Origin: Patescibacteria group bacterium
Lineage (GTDB): Bacteria; Patescibacteriota; JAQUNI01
Length of the DNA stretch: 64,000 nt
Assembly: GCA_028717685.1 (NCBI GenBank)
Contig: JAQUNI010000003.1
Span: 311-64,310 of the forward strand
Direction of reading: 5' to 3'
Below are positions 1-8,314 of this stretch, piece by piece. The notes beneath the pieces are model-generated. The model did not search any database, was not told where the DNA came from, and was given only the letters and a program-made list of their open reading frames with translations. Position numbers and translations under genes: made by a program. Numbering within the stretch: the first letter of the stretch is position 1; every line of letters begins with the position of its first letter.

Positions 1-3000
1 TATCACATCACTTTTGACTACACCAGAACCGCGGGAACCCTTACAGTAAGCATTGGCGGAGTTACCCATTCCACCTCATTTGCTTCTGACACGGGAGCTG
101 GAAATATATATGTTTACTCCTCTGGCACAGGCGACCTTACTTTTATCGCCGATGCCACCTTTGCCGGAACAGTGGATAATGTAGTGGTCAAAGAAATTTC
201 CGCTTCTCTGGCAAATACCACTAACCGCGACAGCGCGGGCAGCATCCAAAATGAGTTGAGAGTGGGGGGAACAGGCAACCTGTTCTTGGGAGTGGAATCA
301 GGGAAGTTCAATGTTAGTGGAACAAATAATAATGCCATGGGGAATCAGGCTCTCTACTCCAACACCACAGGAAATAGTAACAATGCCATGGGGAATCAGG
401 CTCTCTACTCCAACACCACCGGAGGCGGCAATAATGCCATAGGGTATCAGACTCTCTATGCCAACACCACTGGAATCTACAATAATGCCATAGGGTATCA
501 GACTCTCTCTGCCAACACCACTGGAGGCTTTAATACTGCCATAGGATTGTGGAATCTCCGTTACAACACTACTGGAGCCTTTAATACTGCCATAGGAGGT
601 TGGGCCGCTCTTATGAATAACACAACTGGAAGCAACAACTATGCTGTTGGGTATGCCGCTCTCAGCCACAACACAATTGGAAGCGACAACGTGGGCTTAG
701 GTCCTGGCGCACTCTACTATAACTATACTGGCTCTAATAATATTGCGATAGGATCCACTGCAGGTTTTGGAGCTTCAGGCGGTTCTAGTATCAGTAACTC
801 GGTGTTAGTGGGTTATGGAGCAGGCAGGACATTACTAACAGGCGGGGATAATAACATATTGTTAGGGTATCAAGCAGGGGATAATTTAACCACTGGAGCT
901 AAAAATATAGTCATTGGATATAATATAGACGCTCCGACAGCCACTTCGGCCAATACTTTAAACATCGGGAATCTTATTTTTGGCACGGGATTAACAGGCA
1001 GCGGAGCAACAAGCGCGGGCAGCGTCGGCATCGGGACGACGACGCCAAGCTATAAACTTGATATAAATCAAGGTACTGTTAACGCCCTTAACATTGCTAC
1101 ATTAGATCAAGATAATCAGAAAGGGATTAATCTGACAGTTTCCGCCAATACAAACGGCGACGATGTTTATGGTATATACACTTCCGTCAATGCTGGAACA
1201 GGTGGCGCAGATTCCAACCGTTATGCCTATGCGATGTATAATGTACTAAGAAATCCTGCCAATTATGGCGCCGGCGGTAACCGACCATATGTATATGGTA
1301 TTTATAATGACGTTGATTTCCCATCATCTATTACCACTAGCCAAGGGAATATGTGGGGGACTTATAATAATGTAAAAATGGATAACGCCGCTGGAAACCG
1401 TAATTTTTATGGACTAGAGGTCAATGCCGAGTCATATACTTCACCATCATCTTCTAATGATAATATAACTGGCTTGTATACTCATGGCACTATTTCAGCA
1501 TCTGGCACTATATATCATGGTTTAGTCGGACTAGATGCGAGTATTACTAATGCAATGCAAATTAATGGTGGAGGAGAATATGTTGGGGGTATCAACGCCC
1601 ATATGAATACTGCCAACGATGCTTATAATCAGAAAATATATGGATATAGAAGTTGGTTTAAAACCTATAGTGGGGATACAGGATATGGGGTATCTGTTGA
1701 AGATGATAATTCCTCCGCAGGAGGTACTCAATACGGGGTTTATATTAATTTAGATGATACTGATGTTACAAGATATGGCATTTATGAAACAGGCGGGGCA
1801 AATAATTATTTCAAAGGCAATGTCGGGATTGGTGATACGAGCTCAGAAGCAATGTTAGATGTGATGGCAACTCAAACCTCGGGCATTTTGGAGCAGATTT
1901 CTTATGAGGGCGCTGCTACTTTAGCTGGTAGCTTAACGGGTTTGGATTTAGACCTCTCCACCAATGTTACCCCATCAACTTACAATATTACAGGTTTAAA
2001 CTTAGAATTACCCTCTGGCGCTTCAGGGGACATGACTTTCCTTAAACTAGTTGAGGGCTCCTCCACGCTTTATGATTTTGACGTGACCACTGCCCAATTC
2101 AATGTCCCCACCTCCTTTAATTCGGCGGGGGACGCGGCTTTTTCTTATGATTTGATAATGGCTAACCCCGGCACGGCGTATATTAAGTTTCAAGGCGCTG
2201 GCTATATTGAAACGGAATCGCCTTATGGTAATTATGATTTGACTCTGCTTGCCGCCAATGCCGGAGCCGTATTTGTCAGCGATGTCTTCAAAGTCTCGGA
2301 CAGCACTGCCTCTACGATGACCCTCCTTAACCAAACCGGCTCCGGGCCTATCTTGGATATCCAAAAGAGCGGGACCTCTAGGCTTTACATTAAAAATGAC
2401 GGCAACGTCGGCATCGGGACGGCGGCGCCAGTAACTAAGTTAGATGTAAGAGGAATTATATCCACGCAATTTGAAGTCATTAATTCTACTATCCAAATTA
2501 ATTCATTAGCAGATGCTCTAAAGTATTTTGATGTTTGGTTGGGTTCGTATTCGTCTTTTACTTACGCAGGTACAGAAGTGAAGCTCCCTGGAGTAGCAGG
2601 TTACGCTGTAGGAGGAGCATTACAACTTGGAAAAAATATGGCTATCCTTCCTATTGGATGGTCAGGCACTGTCACAGCTCAAGCAAAGGGCGGTAGTAAC
2701 TGGGCAACTACTGTTTATTTGCAAACAAGCATTAACGGAACAGACTGGACTACACAAAGTCAAACAACTGGTGTCGCGAATACAGGTTGGCAGACTCTTA
2801 CTTATACAGTGGCATCAATTGCAACTCCCTTATATGTTAGATTCTATCTTACTGATGGTTCAGGGACAGCAGGTGTGGGAAATTATTGTAAGTTGGCAAG
2901 TGTGAGCGTAACGAATTTGCCAATTACTCCATCTGAAAATCCACTTACAGGTGTTATTACAACGAACTATGGCAACGTCGGCATCGGGACGGCGGTGCCG

Positions 3001-5580
3001 GGTGCGAAATTGGATGTTTCAGGAAATGCGAAATTTTATTCAGCTATTGGGGCAGGCGATGATGTAAGAACAGGGCTCGCTCATTATGATAGTACTGCTC
3101 AGGCTGCCGGAGTGGGAGGTCAAATAGTTTTAGGATACAAATACACAGACGCTGGTGCTTATACAGAAGGAGCTATTATAAAAATGTATAAGGAAAACGG
3201 CACTACCGCGGAATATGGGAGCGGCTTGAAATTTCAAGTAAGAAATACAGGAGCCGCTTTAAGTACAAAAATGGTTTTAAATCCCTCGGGCAACGTCGGC
3301 ATCGGGACGGCAGGTCCAACCTCGTTGCTGCAGATTTGGGAAACATCTGGCAGCAAGCCCGGTGGCGTGGTTGCAGCCACAAAATCGGTTTTAAAGCTTT
3401 CGAGGAATGGTACTACAAACTATTCATACAATGAACACGCTGAATTTAGAATTGGCCACGGAGGGCCTGGCACTACTGGGTCAAATTTAGATTTATACAT
3501 CAACGGCGCTGGCAATACAACTGATATTCCTGACCAGCAGGCTATGACTTGGAATTATGCCGGCAACGTCGGCATCGGAGATGCAACTCCCGACTACCTC
3601 TTGGATGTGGCCGGCACGGCAGGGTTTGACTCTACTCTTACTATGACAGGTTCTGCTGCTAATATCGCACTTGGTTCTAATTATCTCTCGGGCGACGGCG
3701 GGGATGAAGGCATTTATGTTGACTCAGGTGGCAAGGTCGGCATCGGGACGCCGTCACCAAGTAATTATCTTCATGTTTATAGTACAGGCACGACAGTAAT
3801 AACAAGTCAAACAACTGGTGCTGCAGACACCGTAGCCTTTCAACTTATTGGTGGAGCAGCAAATGCGAATTGGTACATTATGACGAATCGTTCCGACCTT
3901 TTTGGTGCAGCAGACAGTATAGGTTTTTATAAAAACAGTGGTACGCCGGGGACGAAATTAGTAATTCAAGATAACGGCAACGTCGGCATCGGGACGGCGG
4001 CGCCTGGAGCATATAAGCTTCATGTTGAAGGCGGAATGATTGCCCAGGCATATACCACCGGAGATATAATGTTTAGGGCAAATGACAATGGTCCTGATAT
4101 TTGGAGAATGTTTGAGGACGAAACCAGCCTTTATACCCAAAGTTTAACAACGGGACAAACGGTATTAACAATCAAAGACACAGGCAATATTGGCATCGGG
4201 ACGACGAACCCCGGCACCAAATTCGCCGTCAAAAGTTTGGAAACCTCGGCTTCCGCCGCCAATATGTTTATTGATACGACCACGGGCAGTGTCTATCGCT
4301 CCACTTCCTCTTTACGATACAAAGATGATGTGCAGACCCTGCAAGATGACTTTACCAAGATTCTAGAAGCCAGACCTACCTCCTTTATTGATAAAGCAAC
4401 AGGAAGAAGAGATGTCGGCTTTATTGCCGAAGAATTTGACGCTTTAGGCCTTTCTAACCTTGTAATATATGACGAGCAAGGCAGACCTGACGCAATCAAA
4501 TATGAACGGATCTCGCTTTATCAAAACGAGGTGCTCAAGGAGCAGCAGCAAAAGCTCTCAGTAATGGATTCTGATTTACAGCTCGTGAAAAATGATTTGG
4601 GTCTAGGGGCTTCGGACTCTACCTCTCGTCTCACTGGCTTGGAATTAGGGATAGGGAATCAGGAATCAGGAATTCTGTCTTTAGAATCAAGAATCAATAA
4701 TCAAGAATCAAGGATTCAAGATCTGGAGACCCGAATTACGAATTACGAATCACGAATTACGGAAAATGATGCTGACACAGCGCCAGCACAAATAGTAGAG
4801 GGAGCTTCTTCCGAGCAAGTGGATTTAGCATCTTTACAAAGTACCCTCCAAACCTTAGTAGATAGTTTGAGTAATCTGGAGAATGTCTCTAACCAATTAA
4901 ACACTTTAAGCGCCTCCATTTTAACAGTAATGGAATCCAACCAAGCGAATACTGCCAGAATTCAAGAATTAGAAGAAGAAACACAGAATTTACAGCAGAT
5001 TGTAAAGATTGTGGAGGACAAAGTAATAATCGGCGACCCCAACAAATACCTTGTTCTGGATGCTGCCACAGGCTTAGAGATTAATAGCGAGAACTTCGCG
5101 GTAGATAAGGACGGGAATGTAAAGGTGAAAGGGGAGCTAAAGCTTGTTTCGGGCAGGATTCTCTCGGAAACTGGCATTCTGGAATTGAATCCCGGGGAAG
5201 CAAATGACACTGTGCCCGAACCGAAAGTGGTGGTGAAAGGTAAGGAGATGATAGTGGAAGGCGATCTAAAGGTTGGCGGTAAAATCATTGCCGGCGCCAG
5301 CGATACGCAAGCCGCGGAAAATAAAAATATCATTACCAGCAAAGGCGTTATTAAAGCGGGCGAAAAGGAAGCAATAATTGAAACCGAGGCAGTGAGTGAA
5401 GATTCATTTATCGGCGTCACTCCTTTATCCGCCGCCTCCCTTTACGTCTCGGAAATCAGAAGCGAGGCAGACAGCGAGACATCAAAACAAGGTTTTACTG
5501 TTTCCGCTTTGGAACCAGCCAAAGAAGATATTCAGTTTAATTGGTGGGTGATAATAGATAAAACCCAATATGATGAATGA
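1..5580 (+). CDS. Giant fibre-like surface protein, 5'-truncated by the window start. It has N-terminal 20-residue periodic repeats, eight GNVGIGTxxP...KLDV modules, a C-terminal tail-fibre intramolecular chaperone (peptidase S74-like) motif and a coiled coil.
   Basis: Frame 1 is open from base 1; the listed ORF start at 172 is GTG. The motif SSLRYKDDVQTL...GRRDVGFIAEEF...IKYERISLYQNEVLKEQ matches the SDxRxK...GxIAQE...Y..L core of endosialidase/tail-fibre chaperone domains. Tandem ESRI heptads follow it. Confidence 0.6.
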   Translation, partial: YHITFDYTRTAGTLTVSIGGVTHSTSFASDTGAGNIYVYSSGTGDLTFIADATFAGTVDNVVVKEISASLANTTNRDSAGSIQNELRVGGTGNLFLGVESGKFNVSGTNNNAMGNQALYSNTTGNSNNAMGNQALYSNTTGGGNNAIGYQTLYANTTGIYNNAIGYQTLSANTTGGFNTAIGLWNLRYNTTGAFNTAIGGWAALMNNTTGSNNYAVGYAALSHNTIGSDNVGLGPGALYYNYTGSNNIAIGSTAGFGASGGSSISNSVLVGYGAGRTLLTGGDNNILLGYQAGDNLTTGAKNIVIGYNIDAPTATSANTLNIGNLIFGTGLTGSGATSAGSVGIGTTTPSYKLDINQGTVNALNIATLDQDNQKGINLTVSANTNGDDVYGIYTSVNAGTGGADSNRYAYAMYNVLRNPANYGAGGNRPYVYGIYNDVDFPSSITTSQGNMWGTYNNVKMDNAAGNRNFYGLEVNAESYTSPSSSNDNITGLYTHGTISASGTIYHGLVGLDASITNAMQINGGGEYVGGINAHMNTANDAYNQKIYGYRSWFKTYSGDTGYGVSVEDDNSSAGGTQYGVYINLDDTDVTRYGIYETGGANNYFKGNVGIGDTSSEAMLDVMATQTSGILEQISYEGAATLAGSLTGLDLDLSTNVTPSTYNITGLNLELPSGASGDMTFLKLVEGSSTLYDFDVTTAQFNVPTSFNSAGDAAFSYDLIMANPGTAYIKFQGAGYIETESPYGNYDLTLLAANAGAVFVSDVFKVSDSTASTMTLLNQTGSGPILDIQKSGTSRLYIKNDGNVGIGTAAPVTKLDVRGIISTQFEVINSTIQINSLADALKYFDVWLGSYSSFTYAGTEVKLPGVAGYAVGGALQLGKNMAILPIGWSGTVTAQAKGGSNWATTVYLQTSINGTDWTTQSQTTGVANTGWQTLTYTVASIATPLYVRFYLTDGSGTAGVGNYCKLASVSVTNLPITPSENPLTGVITTNYGNVGIGTAVPGAKLDVSGNAKFYSAIGAGDDVRTGLAHYDSTAQAAGVGGQIVLGYKYTDAGAYTEGAIIKMYKENGTTAEYGSGLKFQVRNTGAALSTKMVLNPSGNVGIGTAGPTSLLQIWETSGSKPGGVVAATKSVLKLSRNGTTNYSYNEHAEFRIGHGGPGTTGSNLDLYINGAGNTTDIPDQQAMTWNYAGNVGIGDATPDYLLDVAGTAGFDSTLTMTGSAANIALGSNYLSGDGGDEGIYVDSGGKVGIGTPSPSNYLHVYSTGTTVITSQTTGAADTVAFQLIGGAANANWYIMTNRSDLFGAADSIGFYKNSGTPGTKLVIQDNGNVGIGTAAPGAYKLHVEGGMIAQAYTTGDIMFRANDNGPDIWRMFEDETSLYTQSLTTGQTVLTIKDTGNIGIGTTNPGTKFAVKSLETSASAANMFIDTTTGSVYRSTSSLRYKDDVQTLQDDFTKILEARPTSFIDKATGRRDVGFIAEEFDALGLSNLVIYDEQGRPDAIKYERISLYQNEVLKEQQQKLSVMDSDLQLVKNDLGLGASDSTSRLTGLELGIGNQESGILSLESRINNQESRIQDLETRITNYESRITENDADTAPAQIVEGASSEQVDLASLQSTLQTLVDSLSNLENVSNQLNTLSASILTVMESNQANTARIQELEEETQNLQQIVKIVEDKVIIGDPNKYLVLDAATGLEINSENFAVDKDGNVKVKGELKLVSGRILSETGILELNPGEANDTVPEPKVVVKGKEMIVEGDLKVGGKIIAGASDTQAAENKNIITSKGVIKAGEKEAIIETEAVSEDSFIGVTPLSAASLYVSEIRSEADSETSKQGFTVSALEPAKEDIQFNWWVIIDKTQYDE
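322..720 (+). repeat. In-CDS tandem ~60-nt repeats encoding NNA(M/I)G(N/Y)Q(A/T)LYxNTTGxx units. Two pairs are near-identical at nucleotide level (330-367 and 384-421; 431-476 and 481-526).
   Basis: Direct reading of the sequence and of the protein periodicity. Confidence 0.8.
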
Positions 5581-5602
5581 TTTGAGATTTTCTTAAAAGA
5601 AA

Positions 5603-5760
5603 AGACCCCCTCCCCGCCCGCTTCGCCTGAAGCCACGCCCGCCACGCTAGCCGCAAGGCGTTGCGGGCGGGCGAAGCGATGGCGGGCGGGCATCTCCCCC
5701 TTGGTAAGGGGGAGCGTGCATCATCCTCCCCTTGACGTGCGGGAGGTTTGGGAGGGGTCT
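5603..5760. repeat. GC-rich nested palindromic element (cccgcccgcttcgcc...ggcgaagcg..gcgggcggg core, plus a ctccccctt-ggta-aagggggag hairpin) in the fibre-gene/iscS spacer.
   Basis: Inverted repeats are visible in the sequence. It is a GC island in AT-rich context. Related copies lie at 34030, 37636, 38187, 18516 and 45589. Confidence 0.7.
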
Positions 5761-5791
5761 AAAAATCCTCCAAGCTCCCACCTTCTTTCGT

Positions 5792-5820
5792 TTGCTTATG
5801 CGCTTTTTTTGATATATACT
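5792..5820 (+). promoter_or_regulatory. Putative sigma70-like promoter for iscS: TTGCTT, 17 nt, TATACT.
   Basis: Hexamers at 5792-5797 and 5815-5820, about 20 nt upstream of the iscS start. AT-rich background makes this weak. Confidence 0.3.
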
Positions 5821-5840
5821 GAAGGTACAAAAATAATTGT

Positions 5841-7022
5841 ATGCAAAAAATTTATTTAGATAATTCAGCCACTACGCCCGTTGATCGGGAAGTATTGCGA
5901 GCAATGTTGCCTTATTTTAGCGAAAAATTTGGCAATCCATCCTCGGTCCACTCTCTTGGTCAGGAGGGAGCAGAAGCGATTTTAGAGGCGCGGGAAAAAA
6001 TCGCGCGGTTTTTGGGGTGTCAAAAAGAAGAAATTATTTTTACAAGTGGAGCCACGGAAGCAAATAATCTAGCTTTAAAAGGAGTAATGCAGGCTTGTTT
6101 TCAAAAAACGGGTAAAAAGGGTCATCTTATTACCTCTCAAATTGAACATAAAGCGATTTTGGAACCCGCGCAGGTTTTAGAAAAGGAAGGATATAAAGTG
6201 ACTTATCTTCCTGTGAGCGGGGAGGGGATTGTGAAGATGCGAGAAGTGCGGAAAGCAATTAGGGATAATACGGTTTTAATTAGTTTGATGTACGCAAATT
6301 CCGAAACCGGAGCAATCCAGCCGATTTCAGAAGTTGGTCAAATGGTCAAAAAGATTAATTTGAAAAGGGTGAACAAAATTTTTGTTCACACCGATGCGGC
6401 GCAAGCCGTACAATACTTAGATTGTAATATAAATAGTTTAGGGGTTGATTTACTCACTTTAGCTGGGCATAAGATTTATACTCCCAAAGGGGTGGGCGCT
6501 TTATATGTGAAGAAGGGGACGCCGATTGTTCCCATTCAACAGGGCGGTTCTCAAGAATATGATTTGCGGGCAGGGACGGAAAATGTGCCCTATATTGTGG
6601 CATTGGCAAAGGCTTGTGAGCTCGTGGCTCAAAATCGGCTTCGGATTAGCAAAAAATTAGCTAAATTACGTGATTATTTGATTCAAAAGATTGAAAAAGA
6701 TATCCCTCATTGCCAACTCAACGGTCCGAGAGAGGAGCGGAGATTGCCCAATAATGTTAATTTTAGCTTTAAAGGCGCTGAAGGCGAGAGTATTGTTTTG
6801 GATTTAGATTTGGAGGGGATTGCGGTCTCCACGGGTTCGGCTTGCACTTCTCATGATTTAAAGCCCTCCCATGTGTTAACCGCGATGGGCATTTCGCCGG
6901 AAATCGCGCATGGTAGTATCCGGATTACTTTAAGTAAATATACTACTGCCGCGGAAATTAATAAGTTAATTCAAATTTTACCGAAAATTGTAGAGCGTTT
7001 CCGTAAAATGGCACCAAAGTAA
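5841..7022 (+). CDS. iscS: Cysteine desulfurase (class V aminotransferase, IscS/NifS family).
   Basis: SATTPVD N-terminus, SGATEANN, PLP-lysine context TLAGHKIYTPKGVGALYV, and active-site Cys loop STGSACTS. Confidence 0.9.
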   Translation: MQKIYLDNSATTPVDREVLRAMLPYFSEKFGNPSSVHSLGQEGAEAILEAREKIARFLGCQKEEIIFTSGATEANNLALKGVMQACFQKTGKKGHLITSQIEHKAILEPAQVLEKEGYKVTYLPVSGEGIVKMREVRKAIRDNTVLISLMYANSETGAIQPISEVGQMVKKINLKRVNKIFVHTDAAQAVQYLDCNINSLGVDLLTLAGHKIYTPKGVGALYVKKGTPIVPIQQGGSQEYDLRAGTENVPYIVALAKACELVAQNRLRISKKLAKLRDYLIQKIEKDIPHCQLNGPREERRLPNNVNFSFKGAEGESIVLDLDLEGIAVSTGSACTSHDLKPSHVLTAMGISPEIAHGSIRITLSKYTTAAEINKLIQILPKIVERFRKMAPK

Positions 7023-7088
7023 ATTAAAAATTTAAAATGAAAAATGTAAAATTGCAATTTAAAATTTACTAGTTTTTAATTTTAAAAA

Positions 7089-7454
7089 ATGTATTCAAAA
7101 AAAGTTCTAGACCATTTCCAAAATCCTCGCAATCAAGGAAAAATAGAAAATCCCGATGGAGTGGGTCAGGTAGGCAACCCAGTTTGCGGAGATATTATGA
7201 AGGTCTATATTAAAGTTAAAGATAATAAAATCAGTGATATTAAATTTGAGACCTTGGGCTGCGGCGCGGCGATTGCCACCTCTTCAATGATTACCGAGCT
7301 AGCTCGCGGTAAAACTTTGGAAGAGGCAGTAAAAATTTCCCGCCAAGACATTGCCAATGAATTAGGGGGCTTGCCAGCTGTGAAAATGCACTGCTCTAAT
7401 TTAGCCGCCGACGCCCTAAAGAAAGCGATTGAAGATTCCCGTCGCAGGCGTTAA
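7089..7454 (+). CDS. iscU: Fe-S cluster assembly scaffold protein (IscU/NifU N-terminal type).
   Basis: The three conserved Cys motifs GNPVCGD, LGCGAAIA and MHCSNLAADAL. It lies immediately downstream of iscS. Confidence 0.9.
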   Translation: MYSKKVLDHFQNPRNQGKIENPDGVGQVGNPVCGDIMKVYIKVKDNKISDIKFETLGCGAAIATSSMITELARGKTLEEAVKISRQDIANELGGLPAVKMHCSNLAADALKKAIEDSRRRR

Positions 7455-7903
7455 ATAAAAGCCTTATAGGTCTTTTAAGAGGGGACACACTACCCCCTTT
7501 TCCTCTTAAAAGATAACTCTGGGGGGAGTAAGCGAAGACGCGGGGGAGAAGGACCCCCTATTTATTTAAAAGAAAAATAAAATAATTCCACAAATATACC
7601 CGCAAAGCTCTAAACATTAGAGTAGGGAAGCGCTTGGAGGGAGAGGGATATTTAAGGAATTATTTTTTATTTATTAAAATAAAATAAATAATAAAAGGCG
7701 ACTATAATATTTATTTTTTATCATTTTTTAAATCTGTGGATAACTATAATGTCGTAAAAGCTACATTAAACGACTTTAAATCAATACCCAAATTCAGATC
7801 CTTTCTTCATATCTCCTATCTTCTTATCTTAGGCTTTGTTTGTATAACTCCCTATAATCTTATCCTTTATTTTAATTTTTTTATTATAATAATATCAAAA
7901 TTA

Positions 7904-8311
7904 TTACCTCGTCCTTTCTTCTGTTGACTCCTCCTCTCGTTTTAGATATTTTCTTTTTTTATATTCTCTTCCCAGATTATATTTCATTTTTTGATGGTAA
8001 ATCTGACTAAATTTTTTACTTGTCACTTTATAGCAATTTAGAGTGTCTGCGAGATACATATAACAGTCTGTGACTTCTTCTATGAGTTTAGTGCGCACGG
8101 ATTGATTTTGCATTATCGCTTTTTCCCCGTCTTTTTTAATGATATCTATCACCTCGCCTAATTCGCCGATAAGCCACAAGAGCCTGTATTTGGCATATTT
8201 TGCTTCCAGAGGAGACCACTCTTTTTGGTGCTTTTTCCAGAGCTTAAGAGAATAAAGCAGCATCTCTTCTATTCCGATGTTATTTTTGGTATTTTGGGGC
8301 ATATTTCTCAT
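7904..8311 (-). CDS. MazG-like all-alpha nucleoside triphosphate pyrophosphohydrolase.
   Basis: ExxE...ExxD pattern (LIGELGEVIDII ... IEEVTDCYMYLADTL) typical of the MazG/dCTPase-type NTP-PPase fold. Its size is right for the family. Confidence 0.55.
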   Translation of the reverse strand: MRNMPQNTKNNIGIEEMLLYSLKLWKKHQKEWSPLEAKYAKYRLLWLIGELGEVIDIIKKDGEKAIMQNQSVRTKLIEEVTDCYMYLADTLNCYKVTSKKFSQIYHQKMKYNLGREYKKRKYLKREEESTEERTR

Positions 8312-8314
8312 TAT

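Noticed and set aside
114-669. Antisense ORFs (114-338, 298-669) and other minus-strand ORFs inside the giant fibre gene (1531-1731, 2047-2364, 3958-4140, 4293-4499, 4743-4940, 4962-5420).
   Set aside because: They are shadow frames of a repetitive, clearly coding plus-strand gene. The 298-669 ORF merely mirrors the tandem repeats. No RBS or independent signal.
7455-7700. RNase P RNA, tmRNA or SRP RNA in the GC-rich block after iscU.
   Set aside because: None of the conserved cores (GGAAAGTCCGG, tmRNA 5' GGGGCTGATT / 3' T-arm, SRP GGAAGCAGC) is present. The block is more consistent with a hairpin/REP-type element.
7736-7927. 63-aa ORF in the iscU-MazG gap.
   Set aside because: Low-complexity AT-rich translation, no RBS, and it overlaps the 3' end of the MazG-like gene. 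Most likely non-coding.
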